Source: Octopus sinensis (lineage: Eukaryota). From it: a stretch of DNA of 64,000 nt. Shown here piece by piece: positions 13,178-26,783 of the stretch. The stretch covers positions 49,662,001-49,726,000 of the forward strand of contig NC_043012.1 of assembly GCF_006345805.1 (NCBI RefSeq), given 5' to 3'. The position numbers and the translations under genes were made by a program. Under the pieces are notes generated by a model. The model had not been told where the DNA came from and searched no databases. It saw only the letters and a list, made by a program, of their open reading frames with translations. Each line of letters opens with the position of its first letter. Positions within the stretch are counted from its first letter, which is position 1.

Positions 13178-13275
13178 GCGCACCTTCGTTTTGTGATCAC
13201 CACCACTTTATTATCTCCCCTTCTCGCTAGTCACTACACATTCTTTATTTTCTCTCATTGTTTCTTTCTGTGTTC

Positions 13276-13311
13276 CTTTCTGTGGAAGAGCGTAGATTCG
13301 AAACGTTAAAG
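13276..13311 (+). ncRNA. Minimal hammerhead-like motif with variant core (CUGUGGA)
   Basis: CUUU-CUGUGGA-A-GAGC-GUA-GAUUC-GAAA-CGUU-AAAG: 4-bp stem I and ACGU palindrome; A6 replaced by U and stem II imperfect. Confidence 0.4.
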
Positions 13312-15692
13312 ACTTTTTCACTTCCCGAGCGTTATACTAATACATCTGTTTGTTGTCTACACCACCTGTTTTCGTCTTTTGTTTTTTTGTGGTCCAAGCA
13401 TTTAATTTTTCTCTTTTGTATTCCCAAAAGTACTTTCATACTTTTGCAGATCATCATGGTGTATATTATATAATAATAGTTATAGCTAGATAGCTACTTT
13501 TATGAGGATATTTTAGCTACAATTATGTGAATATTTCAATGAATATTTACATTTACCAAGGAGCTGTAGCTATTACTAAAGTAAGATAACCCGTATGCTG
13601 TTATGTCATATAATACTTTTTTCTGCAAGAGATGAGTTCTTAAATAAAACCAAATTCAAAATAATAGTACTGTTTGAAAACATTTTTTCAAGTCTTTTAA
13701 ATTTATTAGAAGCATAAACTCTGTTAAATAGAAATATTACAAAATTATTTTTGCAGCATGCTTAAATATAGCTACTTAAGTGATGTGCCTGATCAGAGGC
13801 TTTCTCAACTGCTGTTTGTGTATTTTCAGGCGTTCTTATATGATTATATATTTGTTGATAATATGAGCATTTGATACAATATATCAGATACCTGCCCTTA
13901 TAATAACTATGAAGTTACATGGCGCACCAAACGTTTTGTGAACATTTTATCAAAATAGTTGATGAAATAACAAAGTTATCTGTGGATTGGAATATTCATT
14001 CATTAAACTACACACATAGGCACGCATGCACACACACCAGCCACCATACACATAAACATACATATGCATACATACACACACTCTTGTTTTTGTGTTTGGA
14101 GGTGTCGAATGTGTATCGTATATAAACAAGGCAGTAATATTTCGAACGCAGTCTTGCCGTGAAAACAGTAAAAGAATTGTTTTCACGGTTATACTATGTT
14201 TGAAATATTACATTCTTTTCGTTATGATACGCTACACATTGACCGCTCCCAAAAGGGAAATTTATAGTTCATTTATAAGTGTTGTATTTAAAAAGTTTGT
14301 TTACATTAGTAGTTGCTATGTATTTAGCGTTTAATTTGTTGGAAATTTTTGTGAGCGCGCAGTTTAGCTTATTTGTAGAGGACTCAACCGGTATCTCACA
14401 GGCGCGGGTTCTAGTCTCGTAGCTGTCTGCTTACAGCTTTTTCTGTCGTATAAAGTTGATACACCCAATCTTTCTGCCGTTTTCACGGCTATACTTCACG
14501 TTCCAAATATTATGTTCTTGTCTGTATGATATATACTTCAAACATTTCTAACAAACCTGCAGGAAATAAACAAAAATCCGCGACCATCTTACTGTGGGAG
14601 GATATCAATGACTATTAGAAAATGCATGAACACTTTAAACATTTAGCAGAATCACGAGATTCTCCGCCAAGTCATATTTGCTCGCAAGTGATGGCTGTGA
14701 ACATTTTAGTTGCTCTCCTTTTATTATTAGATAATTATAGTTATCAATTTTGACATTTGAATGGAACTTGCTTACTGCCATACTCATGGATGTTTCGATT
14801 TCAGTTTTTTTTTTAAATCTGTTTAAACTTGATAAATCCATTGAAACTAGTGATAGCGTTGGCAACAGATAATTGATAAGAGAGTTCGGTCTGTGAGCTC
14901 TATAAGTTTCTTTGCAAGAAAGAAAGAAGAGTCTATGTTTTCCGGCCTTGCCTTTAGACTGAATGTGTGGAAATAAGGGAAAAACAAAAAGATGAATGGG
15001 CTGTCATTCGTTCTAGTGTCATGACTGATGCGTCATATATCAAAGTAAACAATGTTTCAGGCTATCCGACTGAATTATCTATCTTTGATCTCGAGCAATT
15101 ATTGACGCAGAAGCATCATTAATGTGTACTGTTCGCTGCAGGAAGCAGTTAATACGCAATATTTTATGGATTGCATACCCTGATATAGAAATTCCTTGAA
15201 GAAATTCAAACTTCTGCTTGGATAAAAGCGTGTGGTTGCAGGGATTGTGTTGTGGACGACTAGCTTTATGATTCGTAGTTCCTATCCTGCTGTCGTCAAT
15301 GGTATGTTGAAATGGCACATGTCTGTAACATGCCATTTTCATCGGTTGAGTTTACTGAGACGTAATTTGTTTCTGCGCTTAATGCGCAGGACAATCATCA
15401 AAAGAAAAAATATACAGTCGTGACTGCCTCATTTGATTTTCAGACATTGAAAGTTCTTTTGAGATTTAAATTAACGAAATTTTGAAGGGCTATTGTTGCT
15501 ATTGCTTGTAAGTTGAGCAACCACGTGGGCGGTCTCTTCTTAGCCCTATTTTAGATTTTGTTATTTTTTATGCTCAGGTTTTAACCTGGCCCAGCAGACC
15601 TAAAATCAAGAACTTTCTAAACTTTAGCATCCGTCATTTTACATTATCGATCTGCATGTTACGTGATGTGTTCGTCAATTATATTGCATGCT

Positions 15693-16470
15693 AAGGCGGT
15701 GAGCTGGCAGAAACGTTAGCACGCCGGGCGAAATGCGTAGCCGTATTTCGTCTGTCGTTACCTTCTGAGTTCAAATTCTGCCGAGGTCGACCTTGCCTTT
15801 CATCCTTTCTGGGTCGATAAATTAAGTACCAGTTACGCACTGGTGTCGATAAAATCGACTTAATCTGCGTTTCTGTCCTTGTTCGTCCCCTCTGTGTTTA
15901 GCCCCTTGTGGGTAGTAAAGAAATAGGTATTTCGTCTGCATTACGTTCTGAGTTCAAATTCCGCCGAGGTTGACTTTGCCTTTCATCCTTTCCGGGTCGA
16001 TAAATTAAGTTCCAGCTACCCACTGGTGTCGATAAAATCGACTTAATCCGCGTGTCTGTCCTTGTTCGTCCCCTCTATGTTTAACCCCTTGTGGGTAGTA
16101 AAGAAATAGGTATTTTGTCTGCATTACGTTCTGAGCTCAAATTCCGCCGAAGACTACTTTGTCTTTCACCCTTTCGGGGTCGATAAATTAAGTACCAGTT
16201 ACACAGTGGGGTCGGTGTAATCGACTTAATCCATTTGTCTTTCCTTGTTTGACCCCTCTGTGTTTAGCCCCTTGTGGGTAGTAAAGAAATAGGTATTAGT
16301 CCAGGTATTATGTATTGATGGGGACTTTATGTTCTGATTCCGCCGAGGTTGACTTTACCTTTCATCCTTTTGGAGTCGATAAATTAAGATAAATTGCGTA
16401 CTAGAGTCGATCTAATCGACTAGACCCCACCCTTAAAATTTCGGGCCTTGTGCGTAGAGTAGAAAAGAAT
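15693..16470 (+). mobile_element. SINE family A array: head plus three 183-184-bp units plus an old-type terminal unit
   Basis: Units restart at GTATT at 15743, 15927, 16110 and 16293. Confidence 0.9.
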
Positions 16471-18814
16471 TATACTGCATGCTATGCTATGATTCCGGGA
16501 ATATGTGGTGAGTAATTAATTGGCTTTAAGTATTTAAATATGGTACACACGCTTGTTTTATCCCGAAAAATATTTATCCGATATTGGAAAAAATATATTT
16601 CCTTGTTTCTTTACGTTTCAGAAAGAGTAGGAGATAATACCAATTACGTAGACACGCGAAAAGTAAACAAATTCTTCAGTGTTAATACAATAAGTAAGTG
16701 AGATAATCCATTAGGTTACAAATTCACCACTATAATAAGGGAAATACATATTTTTTTTTAGTTACTATGGTTATTATATTAATATTATTGTCATTATATA
16801 AAACTTTGCATAAATCTTTCCAGTTACCGCTAGGCATCTGTGTCTGAAGCCTTGGGACAATCTCTGAAAGCAACCATTGTAAGTAAAAAATACTTTTATA
16901 CAGATGCACCCAGAGGAAATGCTAATTATAATCAACAACAATTACTAGCCAACATAAACTACAAATATTTGTTTTGGCTGTCATTAGTATAGTTTTATTG
17001 CTTCAGGCCTCCCTGCATATGAATACATTTTATGTATTATTGTGTGTATTTAAATCCCCAAGAGAAAGGTCTATGTTCATATGCCTATAAAATTACTCTT
17101 GTAGCACAATGCTGTGTGTATTATCCAAGTTAATAATTCATTTTGAAAAGGGCGTGCATTTGAGGGTTGTTGTTAATAATTTACTACTCCGAAATATATG
17201 GTGTAGTAAAAACGGTAGAGTTATAGACTAAAGTTTATGCTTTATTTATATTTCTTTATGCTCTGAGTTCATATCTTGTCAGTGTCGGCTTTGCCTTTCA
17301 TCCCACCAGGGTCGATATGATAAGTATCTATCATGTAATTGGATTGATTGTATTGAATATAACCATACATTCGAAATGTATGATATTGTGGTAGTGCAGT
17401 GAAAAATCAATATTCTCTGCACGCATAACTCGTTAGTTTTACACTATCCAAATGTCCAGCCTGGATAGATTTCATCTTTCATCGTATATGAATAGTGGTA
17501 ATGCAGTGTTTTGTCTTGAAATGATAACACGACATTTGCAGATTTTGAAGTAATAACATATACAATCCACTTAATGTATGGTATTACTTAATCACTACTT
17601 GTAATTAACTGATGATACTTGTTGTTACTTAGACCCAGATTTACTCTGAGTGAGATGAACTACGATCAAAGATGTCCCTATCTTGATCATCGTATCTCTA
17701 GTTCTTAGGCATAACGTATATAGAACAAGGTTATATAATGTCTCATTTATACTCATTATCGTGTGATTTAGCCGATATACAATAGCAATGGCAGAGGTTG
17801 CTAAAGGAATTCCTCCTTTGTTCGCGAATTTAGCAGAGTTCAGCTCGGCGAAGCTTCTTAGTAGTTTGTCTCTTTACTGTTAAATCATGGCCGCCAAATA
17901 ATACGGTGTGCATGTTGCTTACTTGGTGTGCTTCATACGCTTGAACTGAATCTAGGATGAACATTTCTCGATAATTGACGGCATGTTGGCAGAGTCGTTA
18001 TACAGCGTCGGAAACATTACGTTGTGGTATTCATTCTAATCCCAATGAAGTCAAATTCTCTTTTGTTCCTTTCGATGTTAATAAAAGAAGTGCCAGCTCA
18101 GTAGTAGGATGTTTCTCATTCTCTCATATGGAAATTTGTTACTTTTACACCTGACGAGAAAAAGGCTTCGACTGGATGAAAATTCTCATGGAACGCTGTT
18201 TTTGAAAACTGCCCCCTTACAGATAAATTGATCAATTATTAAAAGCCAGAAAAAAGATAATGATAAATACATTCTCTCCGGTAACAATGATGCGTTAGTG
18301 GCATAGCATCTCAGCATTTGGAAGTTAAAACAGTAACGAAGAAGCCTCTATTTCTGTGAGAAATACTAAGATGCGAGAAATATTAACCAAATATCTTTCA
18401 AATGCATTCTATTGGGCTTAAAGCACTCCGATATTTTTAAATTGGTGAACTATTCCACGTTGGGATGTTTTGAAATCAGAGATCTGTGTCTTCGCGGTTG
18501 ACCTTTCGCAAAAAAAAACAAAAAACAACATCGACAACGAGAATTCATGAGAAGTACAGGTTATTGACTTACCGTTCTCTGTGATATTCAAAGCACGGTT
18601 AAGAAAAATATTCTGCAGGTGAGAAACTTATTGATTTTCTCGTTTACTTTAAAACGAACTGTGTAATTTCCAACAAGATTGTAAGTATATACTTTAATGA
18701 TTTAATGAAGTAAATCATACTCTCTTAAATAGTACGTCGATAGAATAAGCAATAGAGATCTATATACGCCTCTCTCTCAGTCTCCCCCTCTCCCCCTCTC
18801 TCTCTCTATATATA

Positions 18815-19018
18815 TTCTTTTATTCTTTTATTTGTTTCAGTTATTTAACTGCGGCCATGTTGGAGCACCACCTTTTAGTCGAGCAAATCGACCCCAGGAC
18901 TTATTTTTTGTAAGCCTAGTACTTATTCTCTCGGTCTCTTTTTTCGAACTACTACGTTATGGGGACGGAAACACACCAGCATCGGATGTCAGGCGATGTT
19001 GAGGAGAGGGGGGTGACA

Positions 19019-19055
<37 letters not shown>

Positions 19056-19252
19056 ACACACACATATATATATATATATACATATATACGGCCGGCTTCT
19101 TTCAGTTTCCGTCTACCAAATCCACTCACAAGGATTTGGTCGGCCCGAGGCTATAGTAGAAGACACTTATCCAATGTGCAACGCAGTTGGACTGAACCCG
19201 GAACCATGTGGTTGGTAAGCAAGTTACTTACCACACAACCACTCCTGCGCCT
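18815..19252 (-). mobile_element. SINE family B, full length
   Basis: Reverse complement of family B, ending ...CCACACAACCACTCCTGCGCCT. Confidence 0.9.
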
Positions 19253-19254
19253 CA

Positions 19255-19255
<1 letters not shown>

Positions 19256-19319
<64 letters not shown>

Positions 19320-19429
19320 CTACATATATATATATATATATACATATATATGTATGTGTATATATATATATATTATATATATATATTATATATATATATA
19401 TATATTATATATATATATAATATATATAT

Positions 19430-19521
<92 letters not shown>
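19256..19521. repeat. (AT)n microsatellite, ~265 bp
   Basis: Directly visible. Confidence 0.95.
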
Positions 19522-19525
<4 letters not shown>

Positions 19526-20530
19526 GCAGTGATGCGGATTAAGAAATTAGATATACTAAGCATAACAGATTGTGTATAAAATAAAAATATGTACATATAT
19601 CTACATGCAAAACGAGACAAAAATATTGGAGACTTTTAGACGATGAATATTTAAGTATAAGTGTATAGATATTTTGTTAATAGAGCCATCTTACATAAAG
19701 CACAAACGATAGTCTCTAAAAACAAATTTTGGTCTTATAACTCCTTACTTCATCTCTTTAAATTTTTTCTAGTTTGTATTCTGTATAAATTGTATCAATG
19801 GATATAGATATCTATATTTTTATACTTACGTGTTCATCATCTCACAAGGTCCATTTTTTCATTTTTTTAATCGTGTTTATATGTATACCTATATACATAT
19901 TTTATGTTTCATATCCATTTTGTTATATTTCATATATCAAATTTTTTATCCGTATAACTGCCTCCATATCTGCTCATCTTAATCCCTTTTCTAGCCATTC
20001 TGTTAAGACATCGGGGTGTAATTTTCGATCGTTTGAGCACTATTAAGTATAGATGTGACTTCTATACAGGGAATCTCTGGATCTTATCAGATGACTGTAT
20101 GTGTGTCTTCGGCTATATGCGCGCGCGCGCATGTGTGTGTGTTTGTGTGTGTGTGTGGTTGGTTGGTTAGGTGTGTAATTATTTAATGGCAATTCACTGC
20201 CAATACTAGTCTGCTTAAAGAATAAGTTTGTAATCTAAAAATGTACTGAGTAATCCTTCAGTTTCATATAGGTAAAATTATCTTTATTATAATTTAACAT
20301 AAAAATAGACATCAAGATAGACATAAACGTATATATATATATATATATATATATGCGTGTGTGTGTCTGTGCCTGTGTGTGTGTGCGTGTGCCTGTATGT
20401 CAAAGTGAATATACGTATATATATATACATAATATTATATATACGATATATATATAATTATTATGTATATAATATTATCTATACAATATCATATGTTTTA
20501 CACACACACACACACCACACACACACACAC

Positions 20531-20590
<60 letters not shown>

Positions 20591-20595
20591 TATAT

Positions 20596-20884
20596 AAAAG
20601 CAGAACAGCATCGGTTACGATGATGACTGTCCCAGCTGATACGATCAACGGAACAGCTCATGAAATTAACATGCAAGTGGCTGAGCAATCCACAGACAGG
20701 TGTACCCGTAACCTAGTTCCCAGGGCGATTCAGCGTGACTCATAGTGCGACAAAGCTGGCCCTTTGATATACTGGTACAACTCATTTTTACCAGTTCAGT
20801 GATCAAGGACAAGAACGCGTCACCGGGAATCGAACTCAAAACCTTACAATCGTGAGTCGAATGCCCTTACCATTAAACCCTTAA
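20596..20884 (-). mobile_element. SINE family C, copy 1 of a tandem duplication
   Basis: Homologous to 34606-34908; B-box-like GAGTTCGATTCC on the minus strand. Confidence 0.85.
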
Positions 20885-21050
20885 TATATATATATATATA
20901 TATATTATACATATATATATATATATATACACACATATATATATAATATATATATACACACATATATATATAATACACACGCACACACACATATATATAT
21001 ATTATATATATATATATATATATAATATATATATATATACATATATATAT

Positions 21051-21339
21051 AAAAGCAGAACAGCATCGGTTACGATGATGACTGTCCCAGCTGATACGAT
21101 CAACGGAACAGCTTATGAAATTAACATGCAAGTGGCTGAGCAATCCACAGACAGGTGTACCCGTAACCTAGTTCCCAGGGCGATTCAGCGTGACTCATAG
21201 TGCGACAAAGCTGGCCCTTTGATATACTGGTACAACTCATTTTTACCAGTTCAGTGATCAAGGACAAGAACGCGTCACCGGGAATCGAACTCAAAACCTT
21301 ACAATCGTGAGTCGAATGCCCTTACCATTAAACCCTTAA
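21051..21339 (-). mobile_element. SINE family C, copy 2 of a tandem duplication
   Basis: Same as 20596-20884 except one substitution seen (gctcatg/gcttatg); period 455 bp. Confidence 0.85.
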
Positions 21340-21433
21340 TATATATATATATGTATAATTTGCATATATCTATATATACATATACAATAAATATATATAA
21401 TATATATATACACACATATATATATAATACACA

Positions 21434-21468
<35 letters not shown>

Positions 21469-21995
21469 CTATGTATCTATATCTAGTACGTATATATATA
21501 TACATATATATATATTACATACACATACATACATGTATAATACATATATATGTACTTTTATATACATATGTATATATATATTTATATACACATATATGTA
21601 TAATATATATATATCTATATCCATACATATATATGCATATATCTAGGTATAATATATATATACATATGCATACATATGTACATACATGCATGCATGCGCA
21701 CATACATGCGCACAGAAACATGAAACACCGAAGTTGTATAAGCGGGAATTTGATCTGTTACTGGCCTTTCCAGATCTCCACAACTCCTTTTACTGTATGA
21801 ATTTATTTTGTTTGATGTTTCATTTGAATTGGCAATCGTTAGTAAATTAAAAGTAAGACATGGAGCGAGCAGAGACTTCAAAAGAATGGAATTGTAAAGG
21901 AAGATAGATTACACAATATCATCGTTTATTACGTGGAATGGGAGCGAGCATTATGTGTATATCTTGAAGGATTTATACAGCAATTTCTATCCCAG

Positions 21996-22062
<67 letters not shown>
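21996..22062. repeat. (TTTC)n microsatellite
   Basis: Directly visible. Confidence 0.95.
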
Positions 22063-22189
22063 CTGTATCTTTCTCTGGTTGTCTCTCTTTCTTCTGGTCT
22101 CTGTGCGCGCGTATCTGTATATGTTTACGCGGTCACAATATGCGAAAATACATGCATATATGTGCGTGCGTGTATGTGTATACGTGCAT

Positions 22190-22224
<35 letters not shown>

Positions 22225-22999
22225 TGTGTATGTTCGGTACATGCAAAACGTGTATTAGTTTAAGATAGCCATCATAAATCATACTTTATTTCAATACATC
22301 GTGAAAGGCAAATTTACTGCGGTATCTGTCCTGAGATAATATCTAATCTAGATGCACTGCGTTTAAAACCATTATATATCTGCAAAAATGACGAAAACCG
22401 TCCTACTAGAGGCCGGTGGATATGGTCGGTACATTTCTATGTCAGCGCATCTATATAAGCTAGCCATCGCTTTCGTATGTCATCAATGAGGGCATTTTGC
22501 TGAACAATTAATGTTGTCGATAGTCACGTCAGGTTACCGAGAGACATAAATTTCACCTCTCATCTTTGGTTTAACTTTCATTCCATTAGAGCCAAGTGTC
22601 GCTAAGAAGCCGTGAACAACTAAGTCGAATCCAGTACCATGGAATCGTCTCAAATAGTCAAATTTTCACAATTGTCGAATTGTGGAGTTGGCTCTGCTCC
22701 TTTGATAGCTAAACTTGCCAAGCTCCTTTAGAGCATACTCCCTAGTTCCGAAAGTATTTTACATTAAAGAATTGTTGAAGATAATCTTGCTTTCATTGCG
22801 TAACTCAAAATGATTTTAAGTGCATGCTTCATGTCGAATTTCTTATCACAATTTCCTCTCTAACAAGCTTATTTTCACTTACCTGATAACTGTCTTTAGG
22901 AACAATGAACATGAGTTGTCGACGAATTAACTCATGTTCCATTTAACTAGTTCTTTAAGCCCGCCTGTGTAAACATGGCACGCTGAGAAAGACGTGTTA

Positions 23000-23064
23000 A
23001 GTCTGCTGCACGGACAACAAATTTGCCATCAAATATGGCAAATTTGTAATCCGTGCAGCAGACT
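23000..23064 (-). other. 65-nt near-perfect hairpin (30-bp arms, 5-nt loop)
   Basis: AGTCTGCTGCACGGACAACAAATTTGCCAT-caaat-ATGGCAAATTTGTAATCCGTGCAGCAGACT; 28/30 Watson-Crick pairs, 29/30 on the minus strand counting a G.U wobble. Function unknown. Confidence 0.6.
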
Positions 23065-23305
23065 GATTTGACTTGTAAACACCCAATGCAATTCTTGTCT
23101 TCTGGTTTTTAGAATACTCTACCGCAGTTACTCTACTGTAGTAATTGGAGCACTATACATGGTTTAAAAGGGGTCTTGAATCTTAATCAATAAAATACCT
23201 GCAAAAGTAAATATACACGATGTGCATCCCTTAAGAAAACTTCTATCCTTAACATCTTAATCCCTTTTCTGGTCTCATCACTAAAAGGCTCCAAAATCAT
23301 ACTGA

Positions 23306-23311
23306 ATTGTA

Positions 23312-23355
<44 letters not shown>

Positions 23356-23427
23356 CAAGAAGAAGAAGAAAAAAAGAAGAAGAAGAAGAAGAAGAAGAAG
23401 AAGAAGAAGAAGAAGAAGAAGAAGAGC
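23306..23427. repeat. (AAT)n followed by (AAG)n microsatellite
   Basis: Directly visible. Confidence 0.9.
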
Positions 23428-24912
23428 TATTAAACGCGAAATATTGCATTTTAACAGTTCTTTACCGCCTTCTATTAAATCCTGTGACGAAAACCGACAG
23501 CGGAAAATGGACGTTTTGAAAATATTACTGCTGTATGTCTACACACGACTACATATACATCTGCACAAATGACTTTGAAAGACAAAGCAAGATATTGCTG
23601 GAAGACAAAGTAAACTCACTTAACATGAGGTATATGGTTAAATTATACAAATGTAGTAACGTCACATGATATAGATCAAATGAATTTTTGAAATATGTGT
23701 ACCGAATAACTGTTCTTTTTGCATTCCACTCGTGATTATCACATACTAAGCAAAGTAAGTTGTTTTAGTAATGGGGGAATATATTACCTATTTTTTACGT
23801 CAGGAGTACTTTATAATTTTGATATGGGACAAGGAGCACTTTATAAAACGATTTAATACAATTTATTGTGCGATTATTGCATACGTTTATATTTTATTTC
23901 TGTTATACCACAGATACATACATATATATATATATGAATATATATAAAACATACATGCATGCGCGCACATACAGACACACACACATATATACCTACAGAA
24001 GACACAACTGAATTTTAATGAATTTCATAAGCTTAAAGTCTTGGATTAATAACTTTACATAGAAATAGTTTTAATGAAAAATGTATCTAGGGAATAAAAG
24101 TAATTTAAATATCAAAATTTCCCTCTTACTATATTGTTGCATTCTAAACCGAGTGTAGTCAGAATTGCTAGTACACCAGATGTTTAGCTACGTTTCTTCT
24201 GTCTTTACATTCTGGGTTCAAATTCTGCCCAGGACGGCTTTGCATTTTATCCTTTCAATACCGGTAAGTGACGTCGGAGCACTGCAGTCGATATATTCGA
24301 CTATTTCCCTTCCTCGATTCTTTGGAATTGCAAGAAAAATGTTCTTGCTTTCTGATTCTATCTCTTGTGATACTTTTATCTTCAGGGTCCGTAGAATACT
24401 CGGGTGTATAATTCGCCTGGTTCATTCCGTTGATTGACCAACCGCGTAGCTAGTTAAAAGACTCTGTGAGAGATGAAAGTAGTAACTATTCTGTTCGATG
24501 ACAGAATCACCAAATGAACGATTTCAGGTAATTTGTGCCCATCCACAGTTGTGATCACCCGATGGTGGGGTGGGGTATTTTGTGGTGTAAATAGATAAGT
24601 ATGAATGCATTTGCATGTATAATCACACGCATGATTTACAGATTTTATTGCAAAATTTAAACTAATATTGGTCTCAAATGTTTCCACAATGCCAGGAAAT
24701 TCGGGTTAAGGAGAGGTTAGGTCGATTACATCGACCTAAGTATTTAACTGATACTTATTTTATCGACCTCGAAAACATAAAATGAAAAATCAACCGTGGC
24801 GGAATTTGAACTCAGAATGTAAAGGCGGACGAAAATTTAATTTAATATTGACACATAATATATATGCCTACGGGTGTGTACGAGCTCATATGCATGTATG
24901 CGTGTATGCATA

Positions 24913-24952
<40 letters not shown>

Positions 24953-25037
24953 TATATATGTATGTGTGCGTGTGTGTGTGTCTGTGTGTGTATGTATATA
25001 TGTATATGCATATATATATGTATTATATATATATGTG

Positions 25038-25110
<73 letters not shown>

Positions 25111-26547
25111 CATAATATTATATTGTCTAATATTATGTTATATTCTCATGGCGTTAGCGAACAGTATTGCAATTTTTAATTTGATGAGTTACGTTTAATC
25201 TATATATCCAAACTCATATTTTTTTTTCTGAAAGTAATATTTATAATGTCGGCGACTTTTCAGTTGCATTGTGCAAATGATGCGCGTGACACAGTGGCAT
25301 ATCGTCCTTCATGATAATAAATTTAATAATTTCACTATAAATGATATCGAGCGTTTGATAAAATGTTATGAAGAATAAATGGACATTCACTTGACGAAGA
25401 TAAAATTAATTGAACAAGCTTCAAAGTTAAAATTTACCTCATCATTTCTACTTTAAAGATTTATACAACATCGAAGTGTCGTTTAACACTGTCCCCCTCC
25501 AACCCTACCCAGTAAATGAAAGTATGTCCAATGTCCAACGGTGAAATTATTGAAGAAACACACTCTGTATGTGTGCGTGTTTATTGAAATTAAACTCTAT
25601 AATAACTTTCTTAGTATTAAAAATAAAAGATTCATTTAAATATGTTCTATTAAGTAATATGATGTTAGCTGAATGTTTAATTTTCTGTCCTGAGTTAGAT
25701 AAATTATCTTTGATAGGATCTAATATACAACATTGTAAAGCAATGTCGTATGTTGATTAAATATAAAAATTCACCGCATAGGTTACCGTCATGGTATTTC
25801 CTTCATACGAATAGTTAATATTTCTCTTTTGTATGGCCTGTATGACCAGCGAAAATAAAAGCTCTGAAAAATTGTTATTACCATCGCAATTTGCTACTTT
25901 TGCTCTTACCATTATTAATAAAAAAATTGCTTAAATAGTATATATAACTACGTTTTTAACATAGACACAAGGATATATACTAGGGGGACGGAGAATAGTC
26001 AATGAATTAATAAAGTACCTGTTTTATTGGCCCTGGTAGAATGAAAAGGTAGATGAGCTCAGTGGAATTTGAACTGGAAACGGAATAAATAACTAAATAC
26101 ACCGGGAAAATTAAATGCAAGTTAAAACGCTCAAACCACCCTTCTAAAGCACCATCCTGAAAATCTGTAATTCCTAGGGGTAGAGATGTTCTATTAAAAC
26201 ACCTTATTACTCAGATATAAGAAAGCAATATCGTTATAACTGCCAGAAAAAGGTGCATTTTCTGTCACAAAAATGTACAAAAACTGTCAGCTGGAGGTGG
26301 AGAGATTGTTGGAGGTTGGCGAGAGAGGGTGTTGTTCACAGAATAACTGAGAAAAGTGCTGTTGAAGTGTTAAGTGAAATTTGGCAATCGAGGATTGAAT
26401 CCATGCTATGTCTGCATGAAGCCACTTCAAATATGTTGTGGAAAAAATATATATCTACTGTCATGGAGAAAGTGTAACTCTATGTCACGAGTACTACTAA
26501 CCAACACTTGTTGGTATGGATGATACTGAGACCATGTCAATAGTAAT

Positions 26548-26565
26548 AATACTAATAATGATAAC

Positions 26566-26642
<77 letters not shown>

Positions 26643-26726
26643 TGATGATGATGATGATGATAAAAATAATAATAATAATAACAATAATAATAATAATAAT
26701 AATAATAATCATCATCATCATCATCA

Positions 26727-26783
<57 letters not shown>

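Noticed and set aside
15743-16292. CRISPR-like or satellite array
   Set aside because: Whole 183-184-bp SINE bodies are repeated without unique spacers, in a eukaryotic context.
18146-18200. ACAC-CTGACGA-G... hammerhead-like start
   Set aside because: No GAAA after a closable stem II (ATGGAAC instead) and no convincing stem III.
22480-22860. Possible decayed DNA transposase
   Set aside because: Less AT-rich than its flanks, but I could not recover any catalytic motif in any frame.
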